A stretch of 64,000 nt of DNA from Vermamoeba vermiformis (taxonomy: Eukaryota): assembly GCA_045837725.1 (NCBI GenBank), contig JBEWZL010000267.1:124001-188000 (forward strand). Reading direction: 5' to 3'. The notes beneath the pieces are model-generated. The model saw only the letters and a list, made by a program, of their open reading frames with translations. It was not told where the DNA came from and did no database searches. The translations under genes and the position numbers were made by a program. Positions 24,361 through 37,721 of the stretch are shown in pieces (the stretch's first letter is position 1; every line of letters begins with the position of its first letter).

Positions 24361-27300
24361 ATGTCGCAAGCTCAGAAACGAAAAATCGAAGCCCAACCGG
24401 TTCGATCTCCTAAGAAACAAAAGACTGGTGGCCCAGCGCCAGCATCTCAGCCTCCAGCGCCCAAATACAATGACGCTGATTTCGAGATCCACAAAGAAGA
24501 AAATGCGCGTGCGAGAGCTACTTGGACGAGACCTGCGTTGAAGGGTCCTATCAACCCTGCTACCGACTCTATTTGTAAGAATAATAATTATTAATTATTT
24601 TTCAAAATTGCTAGAAATTCTAGCTCGCGATATTACGTGATATTAATGTAGGCATTATTTTTAAAATAGGCTTCCAACAAATGGACGTCGATTACACGGT
24701 TGGTGAGCCTCATCCTAAGATCTCCGTAGGAAGTTCTGAAAAGCACATTCCTGTTATCAGAATGTTCGGTATTACCGAAGAAGGACACTCAGTATTGGCA
24801 AACGTTTACGGATTTTTGCCTTATTTATTCGTCCCTGTTCCGAACAGTTGGTATAAACTCGTTGCGGATTCGAACGAGCAACTTCGTGTCTGCAGCGCTT
24901 TGAGAAAGGTGTTGAACGTAAGTACATTTCGCGGAAATTATCAGCGACACGTGTCTGATATCTTTTTAGGGTATGATGGCGAACTCTGGCTCAAGCTATC
25001 GCGGCGAGACTGTCGATAACTACGTGCTTGCCGTTACAGTTGAACAAAAGGCTCCGATCATGTTTTACACTGGCGGACGCAAATTCCCATTCTTCCGCAT
25101 TACCATGGCCTTGCCTAAGCACGTTGCAACTGCAAGAGGTATGAAAATAGCGTTTAAAAGTTTGAGAAAGTTCGCGAGATCGAGATCTAACGCGATGAAT
25201 TTCTAGGTATTTTGGAGCAAGGATTCCACGTGGCTGAAGTTGGTAGATTCGAGACTGAATGCACTTACGAATCAAATATTGCTTTTGCCCTTCGTTTCAT
25301 GATTGACACGGACATTGTCGGAGGCAACTGGGTCGAAGTGCCTAAAGGCAAATACATGCTATGTGAGAACAAGAACTCCAACTCGCAGATTGAAATTGAC
25401 GTCTCGTACGAAGAACTCATCAGCCACAAGCCTGTTGGTGATTGGGGCAAATTGGCGCCAATGCGAATTCTTTCTTTTGGTAAGGCTAGCGATGATATTA
25501 TTTGCTTATATCGATGTATTAACATCATAATAGATATTGAGTGCGCTGGTCGAGATGGTATTTTCCCTGAGCCTGACCAAGACCCGGTCATTCAGATCGC
25601 CAACTTTGTGACTATTCAAGGCCAAGACGCGCCGTTTGTTAAGAACGTTTTCGTGCTTGGAACGTGCGCGCCGTTGGTCGGATCAGATGTCCGTTGTTTC
25701 AAGACTGAAAAGGAAATGCTCAAGGCTTGGAGAGATTTCATAGTCGAGGTGGATCCCGATATTTTGACCGGCTACAACATTCTCAACTTCGATATTCCTT
25801 ATTTGTTCGATAGAGCCGAGAAGTTGGGCGTTAAGGAATTCCCTAAAATGTGCCGTATCGTCGATCATCCTACCAAGATCAAGAAATCCACTTTCTCATC
25901 CAAGGCTTACGGAACTCGCGAAACCAACCAAATTAATATCCTTAATACAAATATATTAATTAGTGCAACATATTCAATATTACACCTATTTTCCTTAACT
26001 ACAGATCTTACGCATGTTTGGACGAGTCTTCTTCGATGTACTTCAAGCCATTCAACGAGACCACAAACTTCGCTCGTACACGCTCAACTCCGTATCAGCC
26101 GAGTTCTTGGGCGAGCAGAAAGAAGACGTGCACTACTCGATCATTTCTAAGCTTCACAACGGTTCGCCGGAGGACAGACGTCGTCTAGCCGCGTACTGTC
26201 TTAAGGACGCGTACTTGCCTCAACGTCTCATCTCCAAGCTGATGTGCATCATTAACTACATTGAGATGGCACGTGTCACAGGTGTGCCATTCTCGTACCT
26301 CTTGACACGTGGCCAGAGCATCAAAGTTGTCTCGCAGTTGTACCGCCGCGCTAAGACTGACGGCCTCTTAGTTCCTACTAACAAGAGCGACAGTAAGTTT
26401 GCAACTATTTCGCAAAATCAAAGGCGTAACCTGATTGATCTATTTTTAGAAACCGAACAATCGTACACTGGTGCGGTCGTTATTGAGCCTTCAAAGGGTT
26501 ATTACGACGAGCCTGTTGCTACGCTCGACTTTTCGTCTCTGTATCCTTCGATTATGATGGCCCACAACTTGTGTTATTCAAGTTTGTTGATGTCACGTAA
26601 CGAGATGCAGACTCTCGGTCTGAAACCTGAAGACGTTACTCACACTCCTGCTGGTCGTAAGTTACCTCTTAATATGATAGTCTCTACCCATACTCACATC
26701 GCTTCAAGATTACTTCGTCAAGAAGACCGTCTGGAAGGGTATCTTGCCTCAAATTTTGGAAGATCTGATCGAAGCTCGTAAGCAAGCTAAGAAGGATTTG
26801 GCTTCTGAGAAAGATCCGTTTAAGAAGGCAGTATTGGACGGTCGTCAATTAGCCTTGAAGGTAAGGATAAGAGGCACTTTTAGAACTGATACTAATTTAT
26901 TTTTTAGATCTCGGCCAACTCTGTGTACGGTTTTACTGGTGCTACTGTCGGTCAATTGCCTTGTATTCAAATTTCCGAGTCCGTCACTTCATACGGTCGA
27001 GACATGATTCAGTTGACTGCTGACGTGAGTTTTCAAGCGAAAACGCATCCGTTACAAATCCGGATCTTAACTTTTTTATATTTAGCTCGTTAAGAAGGAA
27101 TACACCGTTGCCAACGGCTACGAGAAGGACGCTAAGGTCATTTACGGAGATACAGACTCTGTTATGATCGTCTTTGGTACGAAGGATGTTGAGAGCACCA
27201 TGAAGCTCGGCAGAGAGGCCGCAAAATTCATCAGCTCGAAATTCTTGCGGCCTATTCAATTGGAGTTCGAAAAGGTGTATTATCCTTACTTGCTGATCTC

Positions 27301-28533
27301 TAAGAAGAAATACGCCGGCTTGTTTTGGACCAAGCCTGAGAAATGGGACAAACTCGACGCTAAGGGTATTGAGGTACGTTACATTTTCAGAGATTATTTC
27401 CTTATTTGGTAAGCACACCGGCTAACAACATTGTTTTGCAGTCCGTTCGTCGTGATAACTGCCCGTTGGTCAAGTATGTCATCGATACTTGTCTCCGTAA
27501 GGTCTTGATCGATAGAGACGTCGAGGGCGCTGTCGAGTAAGTACAAAATTTATCAATTTTATTAGGAACAAAATCTCGCTGGGAGATAAATTTTTCATTC
27601 GTACTGGAATTTGTAGCTTTGCTACAGGCTACCTAGCTACTTTTTTATTCTTACTCGTTGTATTAATAATGTGCATTGTACAGGTTTACTAAGGACGTAA
27701 TTCGTGACTTGCTTTGCAATCGATTGGATCTGTCGCTGCTGGTGATTACAAAGGCGTTGTCGAAGAGCGAGGAAGATTACGCTACTAAACAAGCACACAG
27801 TGCCTTAGCTGAACGTATGCGCGAACGTAACGCCGCAACGGCACCTCAACTCGGTGATCGTGTGCCGTACGTTATTATTCGTGGTCCTAAGAACGCGAAG
27901 GCCTACGAGAAGTCGGAAGATCCGATCTGGGTGTTGGACAACAACATTCCTTTGGACACCAACTACTATTTGGAACATCAATTGAGCGAGCCTTTAGTAC
28001 GTCTGTTCAGTCCATTGTTCGAAAACCCTCGTACTGTCTTCTGTAAGTAGATCCAGATCTAACGTTTGACATGTGTCATTTTTATTAATAACAACGTTTT
28101 AGTGCAAGGAGAACATACCCGTACGATCTCATTGCCCACGCCTAAGAACATTAAGGGTGGCATTGTCGGTTTCACTAAAGTCAAAGAGACTTGCATGGGT
28201 TGCCGTGCTACGCTCGAAAACGACGAAAAGACACTTTGCGCTCATTGCCGTGAACACGCACCCGAGATTTTCCACAAGCATCTCAATTTGGTGCAACAAA
28301 AAGAACGCGAGTTCACTAGCTTGTGGACTCAATGCCAGAACTGCCAAGGCTCGTTGCATCAAGAAGTTTTGTGCTCTGCGTAAGTACCGCTAGATCCACT
28401 ATTTTAACCTTTTGATTATTAATACCGTTGTACCTATAGTCGAGATTGCCCTATTTTCTACATGCGCACTAAAGTTCAAAAAGATCTGAAGGACGCGCGT
28501 AAAGCCTTGGAACGATTTGATATTTCGTGGTAA
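24361..28533 (+). CDS. POLD1: DNA polymerase delta catalytic subunit; multi-exon, one AT-AC intron
   Basis: SFDIEC (ExoI), [42 protein letters not shown]-terminal CysA/CysB ([29 protein letters not shown]). Confidence 0.98.
25936..26011 (+). other. U12-type (minor spliceosome) AT-AC intron in POLD1
   Basis: 5' end ATATCCTT, branch TTTTCCTTAAC (25989-25999), 3' AC at 26010-26011. Removal gives in-frame [14 protein letters not shown]. Confidence 0.92.
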
Positions 28534-28784
28534 AACTGCATCTCCTTGCTGTTATAACATGTATTATAGTATGATAGATTAATAGTAATGATTGTAATAT
28601 TAGTTTGTAGCTAATATAACAATAATAAAGTGTTCGATAACTAAAATTGGATCCGATTGATTTTGAATTCGATTGGGGGTTTATATTAAACAAAAAAAGG
28701 GTAAAAATGGCCTATTTAGACCGAGTATTTCGCAAAAAATTATATTATACCATTCACAGACTGATTTAAACCGATCAGTTTCGT

Positions 28785-29621
28785 CTAATCCTGCATCTGC
28801 TCGGAAGCTGATTTCTTCTTGTTGGTAATTGTTTTCTTCTTGGTAGGAGCAACTGCGTTGATTTCGACGGTAGCCTTCTTGCGCAATGAAGCAGGAGCTT
28901 CGATGAGGCTGATGTTCTGTTGCAACTCGCGCAAAGCGGCTTGCTTTTCTCTTCTTCTGTTGCCTCTGAATCTGCAGATGTTGCAAAAAACCGGCGTTAA
29001 TAATCGTAAAATTATAATTGTATTTTTTACAACGTACCTGTAAGTGTAGAAATCGATTTCGCGTTTTTGCTTGATTTCGGCGATTCGCTTCATGGCACGG
29101 ATGGTGGCTTCCATGCGTTCTCTGTTGTACTTGAGCGGTCTGTTTCTTCTCTTTTCGAAGTCCAAGGTAGAGTCCTATGATTGGATTGCATAAATACGCG
29201 ATCGAGCTTGGATTCAAATCTGCGGTTCGCGATCGAATCAGATCCAAAACTTACGATGGTCATTTCCTTGTTGTGTGATCTTCTGAAAGCCTTTGTCCAT
29301 CGCACCTTTCTCGGGTTACGCTTCATCTTAAAGTTCTTGGTGCATTTTGATCGGCAGAATCGAAATACCTAAAAGTGGATCGACGATGCGTTAGAAAAAA
29401 TAAATAATAATAGCTCAAAAATTATGATGTTACGAGTATATAATTTTAGTGATGTCTAAATAATATTATTCGAGCAGAATCTTAATTTAGATCGTTATTA
29501 TTTCTGCATCGCAAAAATTTCTCGGTAGCCCCGATCTTACCTTGCAGTCGTTACGAACGAATACTTGGCCATGTCCAGGATAAATAGGACTGCCACAGAA
29601 CCAACACTTTTCAATTCTCAT
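28785..29621 (-). CDS. RSL24D1: Ribosome biogenesis protein RLP24, 4 exons
   Basis: [56 protein letters not shown]...[14 protein letters not shown]. Confidence 0.97.
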
Positions 29622-29750
29622 GGCTGTGTTGTGTTATACAAACCGATCAAATAATTTTGTTTGATCAAAAATGCATTAGACCCTTTTTTAGTTTTCAAAA
29701 CAGCACATCACGTCAATTAATAAGATCTGTATTAATACACACATATAACA

Positions 29751-30288
29751 ATGGCTTTGCCTGGTTTGGAAGGAATGGGCGCTCAGATGACCGTCGAAGA
29801 AATCGAAGGCGTGACTGGAATGTTCAACAAGTGCGTAATCAATGGTTTAATTTATATTTAAGCTAATATTTGCATATATACACGTGAAATAATATTTATA
29901 CGAATTTATTTGCATATTTACAATTTTTATCGAATTTTTTATTGCATCTGGATCTGGATCTTTTTTACATTCGTGAATTCAAACTTGTTATTAATATCTA
30001 ACGATATATATAATTCAGATTAGCCGATATGTGCTACAAGAAGTGCGTTCCTCGTCTTCGTGAACCTGAGTTCACTGTCGCTGAAGGCAGCTGCGTCGAT
30101 CGCTGTGTCGTTAAGTACATGGAAGTCCATCAAAAGGTACTAATAATACATTAATATATGATAAATTATAAAGCTATATTCGATTGATCGTAAATTTCGC
30201 TAACGGATCTGGCTTTTAGATCGGACAACGTTTGGGAGCTCAGATGGGCGCTGCTGGCGGTGGAATTAGTCTTCCTGGCATGCAATAA
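29751..30288 (+). CDS. TIM10: Mitochondrial import chaperone small Tim10, 3 exons (missed by the ORF track)
   Basis: EIEGVTGMFNK|LADMCYKKC...EFTVAEGSCVDRCVVKYMEVHQK|IG: twin CX3C motif with Tim10-type flanks. Confidence 0.92.
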
Positions 30289-30473
30289 ATGTAAATATAT
30301 CATTAGAATAAATAATCTTACTATACTGAGGTTTACAGCAAATAGGACAATCCGGCAAAGCCAGATTTCAAACTTTTTTTGGCGCCTGAATTTCTATTTT
30401 GCTGTTTTAATTTCTTTTATTATAAGACCACGAACGTTAATTATAGGAGTAAGGTCAATATAGAGCTGGTAGT

Positions 30474-33233
30474 ATGGACCTGACATTGGACGAGAACGCG
30501 CTACGTGATGAAGGAATTATCAGATCTTCGGAAGATGGTCATGAAACAGTGCGGGAATTACGCAATAATAGGATAGATATTACGGAAAGACTATTTAAGG
30601 TATCATTTAACTCAAGAGTCATGTTAAAATGCGAATCTGATCGGTTTTTTTCTGCAGACTTTGGTGCGTGACTTGCGCGTTACTAAAGAACAGGAAAATA
30701 TGTTTAACATTATTAAAGACCATAATATATCACCAGAGTATAATAAGAAGCTCGGAGAGATTCTGAAAAAGACCGCCGAAATACATCTCAAGGTACATCT
30801 AGCGAACGGCAACCAAATCATGAATAACCTATTATTAATGATATAACCTTATGCTTAGATAACTCAATTCTTCCAAATGGATCGTAATGGATTCTTCTGG
30901 CTCACTAATATTTATCTTCCGTTGTTAAACGAGATCTCGTTACACGGAGTTATCAGCGGGTATGCAGCCTTTATATATGAATATAAATTAATAGTAACGG
31001 TTAGACAATCAAAGTTGGCCATAGAAGCTGCTACACGACAAGAAAAAACACGACAAATTTTCCGCGAAGGAATTACGCCGGATCTATGCGACGGATGGTT
31101 CTTAAAAATGGCTGAGAAAACGACTGATAGCAATAAGAGCGATTGTATATTGCGTACTCCTCTCGGAGAAACAATATATCTAAGTCAAATACCAACGCTG
31201 AACGAATTTTGTGGCGATGCAAATATTCTCGTGCCAGATCTCTTCGTTGAAATCAAACAAGACGGCAAATCTAACGCCGATAAGTACGATTATAGGCATC
31301 CGTGTAGTATAATGACTATATACTAACGTTAATAGTAGGGCGAAGTTACATCTTTTGATGGGCCAATCAGCGCGTCTGTTCGCGGATGTGGTCAAACAAT
31401 ACCCACTCATCTTTGGACTGACCTGCGAGGCACATATTATTACTGGCTACGTCGCCTATATCAACTCGAATGGTACTTTAAAGTCTTCTACGATTAGTGA
31501 GTTTTCAAAGGGAAGTGCAGATCCAGCAGCGATCAGATCCGAGCAAAACAAAATCGATCAGAAAATTGCCACGGAGGATAATCAAGAGCCTTATACACAA
31601 ATACCATCTTATTATCAGATAATAGAGCCTTTATTAGCGCCTAATTCACAAGATGAATTGACCGGCGCTCAAGCGGATCCAGCACTTCCCGTTCACGTAC
31701 ATCATTTATGGACGGTGGATTTAAACGACCCAACTAATTACATGCTCCTTGCAGGCCATTTAGCAAAAGTATACAAGATTAGGTACGTCATAAAGCTATA
31801 GATATACTTTGTCGCCTAATATATTTGCAGATTGAACCAATTTAGAAATTGGCGCGAGAGCGACGCCGTAAAAAATCTTCCATTTCAAAAACCCGAGCAA
31901 AAACAATCGCAAAAGCCAAATGAAGATATTATCGATGCAAATGAGTCATATTCAAGTTCGTCAAGTGGATCCGGGTGCAATCAAAGTACCGACAAGAACA
32001 ACGAACATAAGACACCAACGAAATTAATTGACTTTTTAAGCAAGTATGGATTTACACCACGTGACGGCTATAACCTTAGCGTAAGCAATAATAATACTAA
32101 TAAGAAGGTGATTTTTATTAACGAGTGTTTTAGGGCGGAAATACGTTTGTTTTTCGTGGATGTATGACGGAGAGCGGATCTGCAGCAATGTTCAAAGGGT
32201 TTAAGTACCTCGATGATTTTGCAGCAGAGTTATTTGTGTACGAGCACTTAATGAAAACAGACTACAAACACATGCCTAAAATGTTCAAGTACGAAGGCAC
32301 CGAGGATCTGTGTTACATTATCGCTGAGGACCTTGGCGATGAATCCTTGAAATTTTATACGAAAAACGACGTTAAGTTATTTGCGCTTGATTTGCTCACG
32401 GTAAGCGTTGAAATTAAACTAGTATTAATGGTAAAATTATCTTTTTTTCGGGATCCACCGAAATAATTTAACTTTTTTGCAAAAGTACTAAAGTACGTCA
32501 TATAGAACTAGTTATATTGATTTTGTATTAAGGTAACGAAGGTACTTACAGCAAGTAATTGTTGTTATTTTTAGGCAGTGGATGCGTTGCACAAAAGGCG
32601 AGTCATTCACGGCGATTTGAAGCCTAGTAACTTGCGGTACTTAAAAGATAAGCGTATCGTCAAGGTATTTGATTTCACTTATTCATCGAGCGTTAAGTAC
32701 ACTCATCTAGCGTAAGTACAAGACAATAATAATTAAAAAATTATTTATTTCCAAATTAGGGCTGAATGCCTCGGTTACACGCACGGTTATGTATCGCCTG
32801 AAGTGTTAGCCACGAATCAAGTTACAATTGCCGATGACATGTTCTCCGTTGGAATGATCTTGGCTTCAATCGTACGTACTAGTTATTACTAAATAAGGAA
32901 ATATTATGAGAACAATAGCCAGATCTGCAAATCGTTTTCATAAAAAAATGAAATAACGTTTATAAATTCCTAATTAGGTGTATGAATTCAAACCGAAGAA
33001 CGATGACGATTACAAACGGGTCCGCAACAAGATTGAATCGAATGAATTGACGCCGTTATGCAGTCCGTCAATGCTGGATCTGATTGATCAATTATTGAAG
33101 CCTGCGACAGGTAATAAGAGCTCTTATTTAAAACTTCCTTATTGATGGATCCATTAATAATGATCTGTTTAAAGAGCGAATATCAGCCAAACAAGCGTTG
33201 GATTCTCGTTTATTTGTATCTGACGAGATATAA
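30474..33233 (+). CDS. CR-effector-like PD-(D/E)xK nuclease + protein kinase fusion; multi-exon
   Basis: Nuclease ITPDLCD...DLFVEIK...IFGLT; low-complexity linker; kinase AMFK, VIHGDLKPSNL, VKVFDFT, GYTHGYVSPE, DDMFSVG, RISAKQAL. Confidence 0.8.
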
Positions 33234-33378
33234 AGAATAAATCTCGCGTGGAGATTAACGCGTTAATTGCTTTCGAAAACAGATTTCGTTTTTTCAGATC
33301 TACCTGTAGACATTTGTAAACAGCGAATGTGAGCTTCAGAGTATTAAATGCGTTTATTTACATTGTTTTTATATGCTT

Positions 33379-33903
33379 CTAAGCGATTGTTTCGTATTTC
33401 GGTAAAGATCCGGTGTCTTTGGCTAGTTTGGCTCCTCTTGCCAATAAAAATGTTTCGATGCTGTATAGCAGTAGCCTCGCGAAGCTATATATGACAATAA
33501 ACGCCATATCGTCCGCTAGTACTGTTTTTGGGATCACGAACCATTGAAAGATCAAATCCACAATGCAGATGGCTGTTGAAAGTCCACAAGCAACGGATCC
33601 AGCCAATAAAAATTTGAACCTTCCGTTGATGCTTGATGCTACAGCTATAACAGCACTAATGATCAATAAAGCGACCGCTGAATTGGTCAAAATGTCCATT
33701 TGAATCCATTCACCAAAACGCTTGCCAATAGCAGTGAAGTTTATTCCTTGAATAAATAGGAAAAAATCCTTCAATTCATGGTCATTATTATCCGCTGCTG
33801 GTTGAATCGCCAAGAATATCAGATGCAGCACCACTGAAGCGGATGAAATAATTAGCACGTAGATCGAAAACTGCTGCAGCCACTCGATGAAGCTCTTGCC
33901 CAT
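33379..33903 (-). CDS. Four-TM membrane protein of unknown function
   Basis: Intronless 174-aa ORF with four hydrophobic segments. Confidence 0.75.
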   Translation of the reverse strand: MGKSFIEWLQQFSIYVLIISSASVVLHLIFLAIQPAADNNDHELKDFFLFIQGINFTAIGKRFGEWIQMDILTNSAVALLIISAVIAVASSINGRFKFLLAGSVACGLSTAICIVDLIFQWFVIPKTVLADDMAFIVIYSFARLLLYSIETFLLARGAKLAKDTGSLPKYETIA

Positions 33904-34434
33904 TTGTATAATATCTACATGAATAAGAATATTCTAATTTGTGCAACGATGTGTCCTGTTGTCACGTAAAATCGAAATTGAAAAAACAAAAAAAATCTAC
34001 GCCAGCTGACACTTTGGCCCTATCTATAGGTGTAACCTTATACCAACTATACAAGCTGCAATTAATGAATTGTTTAACTTGACAATTGTTGTTACAGAAC
34101 CCTACCGAATTGTTGTTGAAGATCGGTTCAAATTGAAAGATCTCCAGAAATGTCTACGACGCGCTAAAAATACTAGGTACCATTGATAATATACTTCATT
34201 TGATTAACAGAACGACCGTAGGTCCTTTCGGCATTTAGCGGAGGAACGAATCTCGGCCGATCAGTTTCTTTTCTAGCTGTAACCGAACTTCTGCAGTATA
34301 ATAAGCATCAAAATAATATGCTTTGCCTAGTGGTTAATTGCATCTATTTTGCGCCCATAAAAATCAATTGGAGTAGCAGACCTAGATTCGTAGTGACACA
34401 TCCAGAGCCTTTATTTCTAGTTTATACGCTATTG

Positions 34435-35473
34435 TTACTTATTTTTGTTTCTTAATACCACTTTTGGCATCAAAATGAACTCAAATACGCCCTCTATATT
34501 ATTCTTGTAGTATCTGCCTTTAAAAACGCCCGTTTCCGGATCTAACTTTCCTTCGTAATAATACGGATATTGTTCGTAGTTATAATACTCTTCAATATTA
34601 ACATTAAAATCATCGGTAATCGTTCCTAGCCATCTGTTCATAATTAAAGTTATTAGTATCGATATTTTTTCGATTTTTGTAGCGGATCCAATTTCCATTT
34701 TGAAAAGGAACGCAATTTTTCCTTAATAATTGGTACTATAGTATTATTATCGATAATATAGACCTTTATAACGTAAAAATTTTAATATTTTAGCTTTCTA
34801 ACGGATCAAATCCGAAAGACTTAAATTTTTCGTCGGATCTTACCTTGCGTGATACTCGTTGAAAAATTTAATATATTTCCCTTCACCCATAAATCCTTTT
34901 TCATCGAACGCAAGCAGCATTTCAGTCAATTCGGCTTTTTGATCTGTTTTTTTGGTGTTTTGTGTATTTCCCGTAGCGTTAAAAAGCTCTAAAATGAAAT
35001 AATTAAATAATTAAATAAGCAATATATATATATATCTTACTTTGAGTCATATAGATGTATTTGAAGGTCCTGTTTTTTTGCTGCATCCGACCTGAAAGCA
35101 GTCTTCGATTTTTAAATTTACATTTTTGTTGCCATAAATAACCATTCGGTAGAGTATTATTATAGAATTGTTTGCATACTTTAGGCGCTACTACAGATAG
35201 CGTGTACGTATTGCATCGTAAAAAAATTGAAAATAAAATTTCATCCGGTAAGACTTGTTCAAAGTCTTCAAAAAGCGTTCCTTCTTGCCTAGTACTACCA
35301 CTTGTATTATTTCGTAATTTTTTAGCTGATGAAATCGCGATGGCTTCGGTTTCGTCCGTTTGTGGAACATCTTCAAGCTGCTCTTTGCCACTGGCTTGAG
35401 CGCGACTCTTTTTCTTATTTTTGCCATATTTACCGTGCTGGTTATTTTGTTCGTACGTAGTTTTGTTGCCCAT
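34435..35473 (-). CDS. F-box protein with possible N-myristoylation, 3 exons
   Basis: MGNKTT start plus basic stretch; F-box VLPDEILFSIFL...VCKQFY...LWQQKC; two GT-AG introns keep the frame to the stop at 34435. Confidence 0.8.
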
Positions 35474-35860
35474 TGATATAGCTTGCGAAAATAAAAGGAA
35501 AAAAATCGAACTCGGTAATTGCGACTGCTTGACGGACGGCGAAATTTGGCGAATCAAGTTCTGTACATTAATATCAAAAGATATACTAGACAGAACTATC
35601 ATTGTAGTCGTAATTGTCGCAGTTTACGATCCAGATCAGATCCGCAGGTTTTCGACGCTCCAGAGCATGCGGATACTAAAACGTTACCACCGCAGACTCC
35701 ACTGACTTTGTTACCATGTATAGAAAATCACGTGGTATGCTGCAAACACGTGACAGACAAATCTGTTTTGGGCAAGTTTACTTCAGGAGGTTATAAATAG
35801 TTAGTGTCAAATCTCTTCGCCAATGACAACCACAATACAACAGTAGTTGACTAAATCTAA

Positions 35861-37050
35861 ATGGCTGCCGAGGCACGGATTGGTCCTTTTGTAGTTGAAG
35901 GGATCGATTTTGCAACAAATGACGGTAGCTTTGTTGTAGATGCGAAAAAAGTGCAGTATAACATGAGCATTCAACCTGAATCGTTCGAAACGTATGTATA
36001 ATAATTAATTAACAAGTCTAAAGTAAATACAATTTAAATTTGATTTTTAACAATTATTATTTCCAGTGCGATCAGGCGTCTTGGGTTAGGATGTATTACT
36101 TATCAAAACGTTTACGTTTTCTACGTCCGCAGTGATAGGGAGTCCAAGACCGAGGGACAAGGCAAAAAAGTAGCTGAAATCCGCCTGAAACTTGAAGGTA
36201 ATATTTAAAAATAGGATAAAATTGAATTTACCTTATAATTATCATCATTTATAGACCTGTATAAGAAAAAGCACCCGAATGACGAGTTTAAAATCTATAC
36301 AAAAGAGTCGCCCTTAAAAATCTCTCAAGAAACGAAAGCTCGGATCGCGAAACACCCATGGCTTCATCTAGGACCTCACTGCTTCAATCCAAATCCCGCC
36401 AATAAAAACAGCAGCGGCTGCATAGCGAGCTATAGCACGCCGGACTTTTCGTTTCCCACCACGCCCAATGGCAACTTCCCATCTACACCGCCACTCCCGC
36501 CAGTAGTCCTCGTGACGAACGAATATCAAGGCTACATTCCCACGCCTCCCACTACGAGTACTAAGCTCAAGTGGGTTAATACAACAAACCTCCAAAAAAA
36601 ACGAAACTTCATGACGGCGCAAAAACCTTTAAAAGTACCGCAGAAACGACGTCAGCCATTCCTAGACGAACAAATTTCTCGTACGAGAAGCAAAATACCT
36701 CCAGTCACGGTCGATCCTGCACCATCCCAACACGTGTTGCTTTGGCAGAAGATCGATCCCGACGAAGAGATGCGCAACTTGCTGACGCAAGAAGTGTTCG
36801 ATGAGATTTTAGCGCAAGAAGATGACGCTGAAATCCTCGAGTTAGTGGCTCAACTCAACGCTAACCCTCCCAGAACTACGCACAACGGCGATGTTAACAA
36901 TAATTGCAACAAGGCGAAGGAACCAGAGGAAGTAAGTAACTATTCAATAAGACAATACTGAGACTTACGACGTTTTTTTAGACCGATCAAGTGCTCCAGT
37001 TTTGCTATATTAGTGGCTGTTCATGCGCCGCTAAAGCTTATGTGCGGTAA
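35861..37050 (+). CDS. Hypothetical protein with Pro/Thr-rich middle, 4 exons
   Basis: MAAEARIGPFVVEG...; three GT-AG introns give a continuous frame that includes ORF 36512-36961. Confidence 0.65.
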
Positions 37051-37574
37051 TACTTCCTAACCTACCGTAACTTATCTCTCTCAAAATATAAGAAGAGATG
37101 GTACGTGAAGGTGAGGTATTGCCAATCTAAGCAGATTTATGGCAAAATTCTCGATCGTTTTCTTTGGCGACTTGGTGCCCGCAATTTTTTATTTGAAATC
37201 AATAAAATTTAGATTAGTAATTAAATAGTTGTTCTATTCAGTGTAATACTGATCGATGTGCTGGCAACTCGATTCAAAATTAGGGCGGTCTTCAGCCTTC
37301 ATTTTCTGACACTCGCGAGTTGATCTAAGATCTAAGGGGCCCTATGACGAAAAAGCGTTCATGGTCCAAAAATTCGCCAAAATTTGGTTCGAGTTTTGCG
37401 CTCGCCAGTGATCGAGGGGAGCAAAAATCACTTTTTTTTGATCGCAGATTTGCTTAGCACGACAGTCCAAGCGGGAATGTTGGATTTATGCACGTTAAAA
37501 TCACATTTATGTGGGATTTTTTTGTTGCAGGTATTAATTTTGATTGTTTTGTCTTCGCTGTTCTAGCTTTTTCT

Positions 37575-37598
37575 TTTCCCGCCATTTCGAATTTCAAA
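37575..37598 (+). promoter_or_regulatory. E2F-like site (TTTCCCGC) with adjacent CHR-like TTCAAA upstream of NCAPH2
   Basis: TTTCCCGC at 37575-37582, ATTTCAAA at 37591-37598, ~140 nt before the ATG of a cell-cycle gene. Confidence 0.45.
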
Positions 37599-37721
37599 TT
37601 TTTTCAGTGGCGGGAGGACTAATATCATTTTGTTTATCTCTGTTAGCCATTGCACACGTCTTTATATTATTAATAGACTATTTTTAAAAGATATTTAATG
37701 AGTACAGCTTGGTAGTTGGCA

